A stretch of DNA of 64,000 nt from Euglena gracilis (taxonomy: Eukaryota): positions 46,665,847 to 46,729,846 of the forward strand of contig CP154954.1 in assembly GCA_039621445.1 (NCBI GenBank). The letters run 5' to 3'. The number at the start of each line of letters is the position of its first letter. The stretch's first letter is position 1. Below, piece after piece: positions 1 through 11,283 of this stretch. The position numbers and the translations under genes are program-made. The notes under the pieces were generated by a model. The model saw only the letters and a list, made by a program, of their open reading frames with translations. It ran no database searches and was not told where the DNA came from.

Positions 1-84
1 CATCTGTGAAGGGGCATAGAGTGGGACCTCCCCCTCCCCAGGCAACCACCCCAGGCCCTTTTCACCTCTCCTTTCCCCCTTTTC

Positions 85-1137
85 TCAGGTTGCCGTTGCC
101 TTTAAATCCTTAGAGACATCCAACGGCAACCCTTTTCCCAGGCAATACGCTATTACGTCACTATTATACTCCTGGAAAAAATGTTCCACCGGTTCCCAAT
201 TCTCCTCCTCAAACCCTTGCCACTTCGTTAAGAAAAACATTTTTCCCTTAACGAACTTGTGGTTTAGGATTTTATCCACTAACCAGGTATCTGAGGCACC
301 TTCCGCCTCAGGTACCGTACGCCGGTGGATAAATAGGGGGATAGGCTTATCAGATGTGGGGTCCTCCACATACACCTTCAAAGCCTTCCGATGGGCCTTC
401 ATAATATAGTCCGGTTTAACCTCAATTAGGTAGGAGTGAATTCCCTCCCTCGCGGTAACCTTGCAAGGGCCCAACCAACGGGAATCCAATTTTGTGCCAC
501 TATCGGGGGGTCTCAGGTACCACACCAGATTCCCCACCTCCAATGGCTCCCAACCGTCTAAACCACGGTTGGCCCGAGCACATTGCTTGGCATGCAAATT
601 ATTCATTTTGCCAGCCACTACGAAATCAGTTTCTCTTTGCCGAGAGAAAAATGATCTGGCATCTTCACAATCCCTTAACGGTTCATAAGGTAAACCACCC
701 AATGAACGGTGTCGACCGAACAAGATTTGAAATGGGCTTAGGCCACTCTCCCCCGGCGTGTCATGGATACGGTCTAGTGCTTGGGGGAGGGCTTCAACCC
801 AATTCAACTTGTCCTCAACCTGAATTTTCTTAAGCCGTTCCATTATTTGTTGGCCAGCCCTCTCCGCCCTACCATCAGCCTGGTGATGGTAGGCCTGGGA
901 ATAGGCTTGCCTAATTCCCATCAAGGCACACATTGTCTGCCACCAACCGGCGACAAAATGTGAGCCTAGATCGGAAGTAATAATGGATGGGACACCAAAG
1001 GTCTCCAAGCATGCAACAGCATTTGCTTGGCTGCCTTGGCTCCCGTAAATCCTTTTGCTAGGTGGGGGATCGCCACTATCCAACCGGAGTGACGATCCAC
1101 ACACACAAGCATGGAGTCGTAAGAATTGCCTTCCCAC
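85..1137 (-). pseudogene. Element A integrase C-terminal core plus chromodomain (frameshifted from the upstream ORF)
   Basis: Integrase motifs ITSDLGSHF, YHHQADGRAERA and SPFQILFGR; SRWLGPCKV; chromodomain WLVDKILNHKFVKGKMFFLTKWQGFEEENWEPVEHF. Confidence 0.92.
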
Positions 1138-2426
1138 TCCACGAGAGGCATGCTAAACATGTCAAGGGCCACCGAATACATTACGGCTGGGGGTATGGGT
1201 GTAGATTCCACTAAACCCTTAAGACTCGCCGGCCTTCGGCACGCTTGGCAAGTCCCACAAAGGCCCATGACTCCTTTAGCAAAATCTCGAGCGAGTGAGG
1301 AATCAGCCCAATCATACCTAAGGGACATGCATTCCCATAGCCTTGGGAATCCCACATGCCCTTGGTATGAGTGGTGATCTCGAATGAGTTTTTCTTGGAG
1401 AGATTTGGGCACACAAAGCCTCTCCTCGAAAAACATTTTGTCACCAAAAACTTTGATATTTTCAGGCCACGGCACCTTTGAATCCTGGGTAGCGTGAAAA
1501 ATTGGTGACCAACGGGGACATTTTAAATATTCCTCCCTCCACGATAAATACCACACAGAACCAGGGGGGATGGGTGAGGAATCGGTTGTAGAAGTGGCTT
1601 CCCCACCCTCACCACTCAAACCACCTGAAGACAACACAGGTGATTCTCGGTCTGCCCCAGGTACCTCAGTGGTAGCCGCGGCAGCAGGTTCAGGGGTTGG
1701 CGTCGTTGGCGAAGCTGGTATAGAAGTGGGTGTCAATCGAAAATGCTCCCCCCTTGGCTCTTGGACCTCCTCCACAAGACTTGTCTCATTCCCAAACTCG
1801 TCAACCCGAGTTGAGAATGAAACATGTTTTCCTTTTTCTCCCTTGGGGGTGGAGGTTGAACCCAAACCCTGGGGTTTTGTTCCTCCAAGTGGTTCTGACT
1901 TCCTATCCCCCGGTCGTGTGCACCGTCCACTCGCGTCCCCGGACCCCGTGGTAGCACCACCCCGTGTGGTGACTCCACCAATGTATGTGTTGGCTGTGGT
2001 TGGTTGGTCCACCAACCGTAGCCACATACATTCGGCTTCCTCCATTTTTTCGGTTTGAATGATTTCCCTCATTTCCTCGGTGTCAAGGGCTGACCCATGC
2101 CTTGAAATGTCCTTCAAGGCTTGGGAGGCCGGGTAAGCGCATCTTGACAACAAATCGGCTACGGTATTCTCCCGCCCTGGGATATACCCAACCGACAGAT
2201 CAAATTTTGATAAAATCTGATGCCACCTAGCCCTTCTCCCAATGGGACCACTTGGTGTGTCTAGAACCTCTCTAGCCCAGGATTCTAGAGCCTTGTGGTC
2301 CGTGAGAACCAGGACGGGCTGCAGCCCAATCCATGATTCCCACTTTTGTAAGGCTAGGATTATGGCATAAGTCTCCTGTTCCCTAGGTGCCCAGTTTCTT
2401 TGGCTGCCCGTTAGCTTCCTACTCAT
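966..2426 (-). pseudogene. Element A RNase H C-terminal half, low-complexity linker, integrase Zn-binding domain and start of core
   Basis: RNase H: REQETYAIILALQKW, LVLTDHKALE, YIPGRENTVADLLSR. Integrase: HHSYQGHVG...CGTCQAC, VALDMF, VCVDRHSGWIVAIP. Confidence 0.92.
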
Positions 2427-3880
2427 GAACTCATGAAGGCGACAGGCACGGTACGCTTGGCCCGTACGTCTTCAGGAGTAGGAGCCCTGTCCTCCCCAAC
2501 CAATTGTTCAAGGGTGGCACCAACCGCATACTGGCTGGCATCCACTCTTAAAACAAATGGTTTGTCTGGCTTAACGTGTTGTAAAATTAATTCACTGCAC
2601 AACAGTGATTTAATTTTTTCAAATGCCTCAATGTCGGATGGTTCCCAAGAAATTCTTTTCTTGGAACCCTTCTTGCCGTCCACTCGAGAAACTTTGAGCT
2701 TATCCTGAAGGCAAGCGACAATGTGGGCATAATCCTTCACATAGGAGGTGTAAATATTTGTGAACCCCAGAAAAGCACGTAGACCCGTGATTGTTTGGGG
2801 TAGCTCCCATTTTTCAATGGCCATAAGCTTTCCAGGGGATGGTTTTCTCACCCCACCACCCAGAACATGGCCACAAAACTCAACTTCTTTTACGAAAAGA
2901 CGGCATTTTCTTTTGTCAGCTACAAATCTGTCTTTTCGTAAAACTTCAGGGACTCTTCGCAAATCCTTGTCGTGTGCTGCGAGTAAATCCTCACCAGGAC
3001 CCACTCGAGCTCCAATCAAAATGTCTTCGATGTAAGGATCGGCCACGTCCCCCACCGGGAAGAGGCGATCCTCCATCATTTGCTGAAACTGCTGGCTTGT
3101 GTTTGTTAGACCCATCACATTAACCCTCCACTGAAAAAGACCGAGGGGGGTACTGCAACATGTGATGGGCCGGCTTTCCGGGTCCAACGGCTGTTGGTGG
3201 AAAGCCTGCCGTAAATCCAAGATGGAAAACATCATGTTTCCACCTTGTTTTACCAGGAGGTCTTCAATTACGGGAAGGGGGTAGGACACACGCCTAGTTT
3301 GACTGTTAGGCCCCCGCATGTCTACCACTCCCCTCCATTCGCCTCCTTTTTTCGGCACCACAAATGTTACGGACAGCCGTTTTGAAACTGTTCCCTTGGG
3401 CAAACGCTCAACAAATTTCCGGTCCCACCATTCCTGGGGGACCTTTTTGTGAGCTTCAAATCTTTCACCGTGTAAGACAAAGGGTTTTTGCCGTGTGGGT
3501 ACAGCCCCCTCCTTCAGAGGAATCTGGGCGTAACCATAAGGTCCCCGAACGGGAGGGTCGGGGGGTACCTCCGTACCCAACACCTCCCCTTCAAAATCCT
3601 GAAAAATTTTATCCCGAAATGCTACCACCCTGGGGTCCTCCTTCTCACCCGAGTCGCGAGCCTGGATTATGGCATTCACTGCCTTGTCCTCGGCTGGCAA
3701 TTCGGTGAAATGCTTGGCTATGGTATGCAATTCCTTCTTGCCAAGGAATTTTGGTTGCATATCAAAGCCTTGCAAGGGTAGGTGCAAATTCATTTTTTGC
3801 AGGTCCAACCACACTTTTTCATTTTCAAGGGACTCCGTGGTTGGTGCGTTTTCAGGGGATTCTCCGAAGTCAGAAACCAC
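2423..3880 (-). pseudogene. Element A reverse transcriptase and RNase H N-terminus
   Basis: RT: FVVPKKGGEWRGVVDMRGPN, FSILDLRQAFHQ, MGLTNTSQQFQ, PYIEDILIG (YxDD altered to YIED), EVEFCGHVL, LRAFLGFTN. RNase H: LRVDASQYAVGATL. Confidence 0.95.
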
Positions 3881-5516
3881 AACCCCAATTCTTTTTGTGA
3901 ATTGTGTTTTTTCTTCCCCTTATGGGATTTCCGTTTCTGATTTCTTGATCCCACCCGTTCAAGAAAGTCAGATTAGGATTGTCAAAAACCAAGGCCTTAT
4001 GGTGTGGGAAAACACCCAAACCATGTTCGGCTAACCATGGAAACGATAATATAGCATCTACCTCAATATCCGCGAGGTAGAATTCCCCTTCGAGGTACAA
4101 GGCCTGGGTGCCCCCCTGCCCCGTACCCCTACGTTGAAATCCTAACTCCAACTTAATACACTGGTCGCCCCCCAAAACACATTGGCCGTTGGCAGCCACC
4201 AGCCGAACTGGCATTCGCGGTGACCTGGCCAAATGTCTTGGGACGATGGACCTTTTGACCAGGTTCACTTGGGCTCCCGTGTCAACCAAAATTCTGAGCT
4301 GCCTGGCATCTCCGTTAGGGAGATACGTCTGCAATAGCATCAAAAGTTGCAGCTCGTTTTCAATGGGCAACACCTGATTAACCTTCAAGGTGTTGGCCAG
4401 ATGACAGCAACGGTCTGGAATTTCCCATTCCTCAAAATGCTGGGAATTTTGGGAAATTTCTTTGGGCTGGCCCCCCAGGATATCCCCAGCACTTAGGAGA
4501 TAATCAATCACCAGGGGGGTTATCCTTCCTTTTTGTCGGGCGGTAAACTTCATTTTTCTGCCCCCCAACAATTCACGGTGCCGGAACTGCCCATTGTCCC
4601 CCATCACCAGGTAAGGGCACGATTCGCCATCACACAACACCGACCGTAATTGTGAAATGGCTGGGCAGCACCAAAAACGTGTGGGCTTTTTATAACCCCA
4701 ATCTGAAAACTGACAATAATCAATGTCGATATAGGGCAGGTTTTTCACCACCTCCCTATTTCGCAAAAGACCAGTGCGGGGGTTCTCCAACCACCACAAC
4801 TTGGGCTGAAAATAATTTATAATTTCCAGGGCTTTCTCCACCAGGGCATCCGCCTGGGAGAAATCCCTTGGTCTGGGGTTATAAGCCGTGGAATAAATAT
4901 TACAGGGGGGACTAGCGGCAATAACCTCAAAAAATCCAACCGGGTATCGCCTGTAGTCCCAGGTCAAAATGTCTGTGTGGGGGTGGAAGTCCGTCCAAGG
5001 AGCATTTTCAATTGACAAAACTTCATACCCCCGTTCTGCCAACCGCCTCCTCACTGAATCTGTGCCAGCAAATAAATCTAATGCCTGAGGTCGCTGGGCT
5101 GATGGTGGGGAGTTGGGCTGTGGCAGGTTTGTATGCAAAATGGGAACCCTTGAACATTTCCCTTCCCTCCAGGAGTATCGGGTCCGATTCAAAAATCTGG
5201 GGGGCTGATCCAAAGAATGTTTCTCACCACACCCCGAATCAGCCATAAAATCCTGTACACCCCAGTTTTTTGAATCAGAAATATTTACACCGTTTTCCTC
5301 ACAGGGGGGAGAGACACGGCCATGGGCAGCCCCCCCCCTTCTCAAACTGCCCCTGGCCCCCCTATTGGGCCCCAGGGGGAGAAGAGGTGGGCCCACCCCC
5401 CTTTGACCATGCACCCCCCTTGCCTGAGGAATTTCGCTGAGTGGTTGGCTGCCCTTTACCCTTGGGCTGCCCCTTGCCTTTTCCATTACTTTGCCAAAAA
5501 TCCTTAGATTTAGCAA
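3870..5516 (-). CDS. Element A Pol N-terminus: C5 DNA-cytosine methyltransferase domain (~4495-5084) fused in frame to aspartic protease (DTG at 4275-4283)
   Basis: Motif I LDLFAGT, motif IV IAASPPC, motif VI WWLENP, motif VIII region IDYCQFSDWGYKKPTRFW. These are followed in the same frame by ILVDTGAQVNLV, VAANGQ and AILSFPWL. Confidence 0.88.
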   Translation of the reverse strand: MLNLRIFGKVMEKARGSPRVKGSQPLSEIPQARGVHGQRGVGPPLLPLGPNRGARGSLRRGGAAHGRVSPPCEENGVNISDSKNWGVQDFMADSGCGEKHSLDQPPRFLNRTRYSWREGKCSRVPILHTNLPQPNSPPSAQRPQALDLFAGTDSVRRRLAERGYEVLSIENAPWTDFHPHTDILTWDYRRYPVGFFEVIAASPPCNIYSTAYNPRPRDFSQADALVEKALEIINYFQPKLWWLENPRTGLLRNREVVKNLPYIDIDYCQFSDWGYKKPTRFWCCPAISQLRSVLCDGESCPYLVMGDNGQFRHRELLGGRKMKFTARQKGRITPLVIDYLLSAGDILGGQPKEISQNSQHFEEWEIPDRCCHLANTLKVNQVLPIENELQLLMLLQTYLPNGDARQLRILVDTGAQVNLVKRSIVPRHLARSPRMPVRLVAANGQCVLGGDQCIKLELGFQRRGTGQGGTQALYLEGEFYLADIEVDAILSFPWLAEHGLGVFPHHKALVFDNPNLTFLNGWDQEIRNGNPIRGRKNTIHKKNWGCGF

Positions 5517-8500
5517 GGGCCTGACTCAGCGGTTTATCACACTCATAAAAATAATGTCCGGGCTCCCCACAGTTGAAGCATGGATATGGGGACCTGCCCC
5601 TACCCGATGCCTGCGGGGTCCAGGTCTTCCACCCCTTGCCTTGCCGGGCTGGGGGTGCTGGACTTTGGGTTCGCGACCGACGAAGAAGGAGACCTGCCCC
5701 GCTGGGCTGACTGGGCTGGCCCCTTATCTCCCTTTGGAGCTGGCTGTGAGGCAGATTTTGAGGTGTGACCCTGCCCCCCGGCTGCTGGTGCTGACATGGA
5801 TGTTGGGGACACCGGGGGGGGTCTGGCCTTTTTCCAACACCTGTATTTTCCCCGAGCCTTTTGTTGTCGATTTGCTGAATAATCTGGGAAAATGGTGCTG
5901 ATTCAAAGCCAAATCCTGCTTCTCCCGAAGAGCTAACTTGCCCTCGGCAAAAGCAAACATTTCTTCAACAGTCATTAGTTGTTCCACCAATTCGGCGTTG
6001 AGGAAATTTTCCATTCCCTGCAATTTCCTTCCATTTACGGCTGTTAATTTCAGTGCCTCTTCCGAAGAACTGAAATAAATAAGGCAAATGTCACCAGGGT
6101 TTTTGATAACCACTTTCCGTGGATCAATCCCCCCAGTGATCTGGCTCACACTCCTTTTTCCCATCCACCGTGGGATTTGGTATCCCTGTGAGCCTGACAA
6201 TGGGTTGTTTACGGGCTCGATTATCCTCCTCTTTTATGCAAAACTTGCTTAAAAAAGGAGGAATTCTTTCCAAGAATAATCTCCGAGCCTCCCCGGCTGT
6301 GGCATCCTTAACATGGTGCCAGGCACTGCAAAATTTAATCCAAAATTCTTGCAGATCCGCCCGGGTTATTTTTCCTTCGTTAACCATGGTTACCTCCTGC
6401 CATATTTTCCGAGCCGTCAGCCCCTTACTCGAGGCATAACGGTTCTGGAATTGGGCCAATATGGTGGGGTAATCTAATTTAGCTCCATTCAGCCGATAGA
6501 ACCTTATTTCCTCCCGGAATCTGGGTCCTAAACATGCCTCAAAAACCTGCAGCTTTTGCGAATCAGAATACGGTTTGCCTGATGTCAACCTATCCCAGTA
6601 AAGATTCCAATCTACTTCAAAATCTTGCCAGGAAATGCTGCCCGTTTCATCAAAATAGGGCTTAGCACCTCCCTGCAAAATTTCGAAAGCTACTGGGTCA
6701 CTGATAAAAGGAAAACCCAACCCGTGACCTGGGTTGGCTGCAGCCCCCCCTGTCCCGATGGGCCTAATCGAGAAAGCAGGGGCTGCGGAAACATGTGGGG
6801 GGACACACAATGACACAGAAGAAACCACTGCCGTGTCTTGCATGTCCTCCAAAACAAATCCCCCCTCAATAACTAAGGGAGGGGAAATGTTTGAACCTGC
6901 AGATTTATTTTGCAAAACATTCAGATCTGAAAAAGATGGGTCAGCACTGGGCACCGTGCTGGCCAGTGAGCTGGAAGGCTGCCCCAGGGGCTGCTGCGGT
7001 CCAGCCGACGGCAGGCCCAGCCCCCTTGGCAGCCCGTGAGCAGGCTGCGGCTGGCCTGCTGGCTGGCCAGGCTGCTGGGCTAGCTGGACGACGGGCTGCT
7101 GGGCCAGCTGCTGCCCAGGCTGTGGCAGCTCCACTGGGTGTAGGGGCTGCTGGCTGCCCTGCCGCAGCCACCACATGTCAGAAATTTTCTGCAAAACTTC
7201 TCTCGGTTCTGCAGTTGGATGTACGGGTCCATTTTTTTGTAAATCCTGCAGCACTTTCTGTAACTCGAAAGTATTCCCCCCAACTTTTGCAAGTCCCTGC
7301 CTGAATTCCTCCACCAGCCCACCAAATTTTATCTCCTGGGAAAAAATCTGCTGATAAACACTCTGAAAATTCTGCTGACAATCCGTCAACAGTTTTTGCA
7401 TTTCTGAGTGCCGTTTCTCTACTTCATCTGAAATATTCTGGTGCAGTTTTTGAATACCCCCACCAAAACCATGGAGGGCCGTATTCATTGCTGAATTTTG
7501 CTCACCCAGCTGGCGAACATAATCAGCGAACTGCTGGAGCCGCTGAGCCTGGCCCTGGACCGTACTACGCAGCGATACCAGGTCAGCCCGAAGTTCAATG
7601 ATTTTGGCAGCAACAACGGCCAGCTCCTGGAGAGTTTCTGCCTCCCCCCCCTGAGCGGGCTGGGCGGCTTTAAAATTCTCAGCAAACCGCTGAAATTTTT
7701 CAAGCACGAGATCCTTAATTGGTAAGGCAGCCACCTGATTTTGCACTTGTTTAAAAAATTCCTGTGGCAGGCTGTCCAAAATTCGTAAAAAATTTTGCCT
7801 CAGGGCCAAAAACTGATCACGGCTCGAAGAAAACTGCTGGGCCAGTTTTTCCTCAAAACTTTTTTCCTGCCCGACAAAAAGTTCAGGTGCCTGTGCGTCA
7901 ATTTTTTGCACAGAAATTTGCACCTGGGCCTCACATTTTTTCTCAAAAAGTTCAAAAATATGGAGGCAGTCAGCCCTGGCCGTTTCTTCGATTCGTGCAG
8001 CTACGTGCTCGACCAGGTGGTTGTCGACAGCGGGGGGTTGTTGCTGCTGCTGCTGCTGCAGAACCCACTCTTCGTTGGCTTTTTCCAAAGCCAAAACCCG
8101 AAAAGTCAGGTGCTGCACAGTCCGCTTGAGGTCTCTGTTGCTTTGTAAAAATTGCCCCCAGGGGTCTTCAAATCCCTGATTTTGTGAACCCCCCCTGGGG
8201 GTGGCTTCAGAACTTTCATAGGCTGGGGGTTGGACCTCCTCCTCACCCCCCTCGATGAAAATATGAGGAGGCTGGGGGCCTGCAGCAGCTGCTGGCTGAC
8301 CGTGATCAACCTCACGGTGCAGCCGTTTTTGCTGAACTTCATCACTACCTGGTGATGAAGCTGGTGTTCGGGGTCGCCGAGTAGAAGTAGAGCTTGGCTG
8401 GTCCTTCGGGTTTTCCTCTGCCTGCTCGACTTCTGCTCCGACCCGTTTGCTGCTGTCCCAGTTATTATTATCGTTTAAGCCCAGCACATTGACCTGTGCT

Positions 8501-9345
8501 TGCTTTTCAAAGAAAACTGGGCTGGGGTTATCACCCCCCTGCCCTGCCGAGGCACTTGCCGTTTCCTTCACCAGCCCATCTACCTGGGATGGTTGGGAAA
8601 ACTGCAAAAATGCTACCGGCTCTTGGGCTGGTGTTGAAGAAACTGGTTGAGCTGGAGGCAAAGGCAATGCAAAAGCGGGTAATGATGGCAGATTCCCTAA
8701 ATTTTGTAACCACGAAAAGTCTGGGAGAGGTTGCAACTCAGGCAGCATAAAACCGTACCCCATATTTTGCAAAGGAAAAACCCCTGAAAAAGGCTCTGGA
8801 AAACACGGTTGGTTGGAAATGACAACCTGGCCATCCCCACCCTGAAATACCAACATCTGTCCCATATTTGTGGGGGTTCTGAGTTCAGCCAAACTGGTTT
8901 CGGGTCCCAACTCCCTGTTCCCCGAAACTCCAATCGTCAGATTTGCCATCTGAGATTGGGCCATTGGCTGATCATCAAAGAAAACATTCTGAGTAGGGAT
9001 TTCCAACCCAAAATTTCCGACTGAAGGCTGAAGGATCAACCTCTGCTTACCATGTTTCACACCCGTGCTGCCATGTCCCCAGGCAGCACTGGGGTGTAGC
9101 GAAAACCCCCGCCCCGGGCCAGTTTCCGGCGTAGGATCGTTTTTTGGCTCCTCGAGCCGACTTGTGTCGGAAATTTCTTCCCATTCTGGCCCCGCCTGTG
9201 GCCGAAACTGGGCCATCATTTCCAAGGAGGAACTTCCCAGTGGACGCTCCCCGACCCCTGAGGGGGGTGTCACTGGGATCTCCAAGGGGGGTGCCTTTGG
9301 GGTTTCAACCCCTCCCTGCTCAGCTGAACCAGTGAGAGCCAACAC
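5362..9345 (-). pseudogene. Element A Gag-like protein (P/Q-rich and coiled-coil N-terminus, capsid-like region, RRM-like segment, CCHC knuckle)
   Basis: The 1073-aa ORF 6124-9345 continues through frameshifts. My translation of 5580-5539 gives CFNCGEPGHYFYEC, followed by a GKGKG-rich tail and TAG at 5362-5364. Confidence 0.8.
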
Positions 9346-10010
9346 CCACCCTGGGTGTCATTTCTCACAGTTTCTGGGCCAAAAAAGGGGGTTTTGGGGA
9401 GAAAAATGGCCTGTGGTTGCCTGAGTTGAGGAGTCCCTCCCCCCTGCCCCTTTTCACACAGATGAGGTGGGGGGAAGACAAACCTCACCTTCTTCAAATG
9501 ACTGATTGTTTTGTTGATCTTCCATTTGCAATTGAAATTCCAAATTCAATACTTGATTGTAATTGAATTGCCACAAAAAGTACAATGGTGCAACCGGTAA
9601 AGAGGAAAACCCTGTGAAAAGAAAGTGATTTTGATGCCCTTGATGGGCAGGTAAATTTAGGATTGAGTGCGCTGATTCCTAAGCGCTCTCAAATCCCAAA
9701 TCCTTGCCCATTGCATCAAAATCAACCAACCCAGGTGAAAATCAAGGTTCCCCCCCTTGATTTTGATAAATTATGCTGAATTCCATCATTATTGAGCTTT
9801 GCAAATCCCTACAAAAACTCCAGGAACTCAGGCGCCAATCTCAGAAAAATCTGTTCCAAGCGCTTGCAAGCGCTCTCACCAAATCCAACATTTTCCCTTA
9901 AAACCAAAGGAAAAATGCATAAAAAGCTTAAAAATATGCTAAATAGACCCAAAATGACCAGTTGGGAATACCTAGCATCACTCAATCTCTCTCCTTGCAC
10001 AACCAAACCA

Positions 10011-10144
10011 TGGGCGCCCTAGGACAGGGAATTTTAATGAAAATCTTTAGAAAGCCTTAAAATTAGAGTTAAACCGCCCTTAAAAAGGCCTTCTAAAAAG
10101 GAAAAACTCCGCCGCCCGGCGGTCGACCTCAAAAGGTCGTCACA
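10011..10144 (-). repeat. Candidate 5' LTR of element A (TG...CA) followed by a PBS-like TGG motif
   Basis: On the minus strand it starts TGTGACG, ends GCGCCCA and is followed by TGGTTTGGTTGTGC. The second LTR is not in the window, so it cannot be confirmed. Confidence 0.45.
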
Positions 10145-11283
10145 CGTGCCAAGCAAGTTCAAGGCGGGAGACTTTGAAGGGACCCATATATTCAACACCC
10201 ATTCCACCGGCACCCATGGCGAGTGTGGCCTTAGATGTTTTCAAAATGCCATTGGCAAAGTATGAGGGGGAAAAGTACAATACCATGGCGGTGTGTGTTG
10301 ACCGGCACTCCGGTTGGATCGTGGCCATACCGTTTTTAGAAAACGCTCAAACATTCGGGGGCTTTTCGGATTCCTTCAATCATTTCTAGTGACCAAGGGA
10401 GTCATTTCGCGAACACATGGTGGCAAACCTTGTGCTCATTTTTGGGACTTCGACAAGCTTTTTCTCAAGGCTACCACCACCAAGCCAACGGGCCGGTGGA
10501 AAGGGGGTCAACAAGTAATGCAGATTTTGACGAAATTCTTTGTGGACGGAAAAATGATTTGGGTTGAGGCTCTACCCCAAACCTTGCACAGGATTCTTGA
10601 TGTGAAGGGGGAGTGTGGTTTTAGCCCATACCAAATTATGACCGGTATGAAACGTCCCTTTGGGGGGGGGGGCCTTACCAAGCACCAAAAGAGTGCCAGG
10701 GTGCCCAACTATTTTTTCATCGAATGAAGCTAATCCATGAAACGGTGGCAAAGGTTTCAAACCATACGCATGGTTTGAGGTCCAAGCTAAAAGGATTAAC
10801 CAAGGTCGAAGGGAAATGGAACCATTAAAAATTGGAACCCATGTGTGGTACAAACGACCTGAGGGTTCGGGTGAAAAATCAAGTTAGAGGTGGATTGGTC
10901 CCGGTATTGTCAAAGCTCGGGAGGGGGAGAGGAGCTATGTTGCGGAAACCAAACTGGGTGTGCAAATTAAGACACACTGAAGTTTTCTAAAGGAGTTCAG
11001 GGAACCACCAGTTTTTGGAAAATGGGTTCCTTTTTATTTTTTCAAACGGACTGAAAAAGAGGATGAGGCAATGCCCGATGAGTGGGAGGTTGAGAAAATT
11101 TTGGCCCACCGTAGGAAGGAGGATTCGTGGGAATTTCTTACCAAGTGGGCTGGTTATGAGGAGGGGGAAGAAACCTGGGATCCTATTGGAATTTCATTAC
11201 GTTCCAGGAATGAGTTTGTTCGGTATTTTGCCCACAAAAATCTGAAGGTGAATTTAATTGGGCAGCTTCAAAAAAGTCTGTGA
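10145..11283 (+). pseudogene. Degenerate integrase-chromodomain of a related gypsy element C, 5'-truncated inside the Zn finger
   Basis: TCQASSRRETLKGPIYSTPIPPAPMASVALDVFKMP, AVCVDRHSGWIVAIP (near-identical to element A), WVEALPQTL, chromodomain EWEVEKILAHRRKEDSWEFLTKWAGYEEGEETWDP; stops and frameshifts present. Confidence 0.88.

Larger units (their letters stand above)
1..10144 (-). mobile_element. Ty3/gypsy (chromovirus-like) LTR retrotransposon A carrying a C5-cytosine methyltransferase; 3' LTR lies outside the window
   Basis: Minus-strand domain order is Gag (CCHC), C5-MTase, protease (LVDTGA), RT, RNase H, integrase (HHCC, D-D-E, GPY/F-like WLGPC), chromodomain. The coding region is split into several ORFs by frameshifts. 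The 5' terminus is inferred from TGTGACGACC at 10144, where it abuts a truncated plus-strand integrase. Confidence 0.93.

Noticed and set aside
5362-5516. Programmed ribosomal frameshift between gag and pol of element A
   Set aside because: The frames overlap, but the many G/C homopolymers and other frame breaks make a programmed site indistinguishable from decay or sequencing error.
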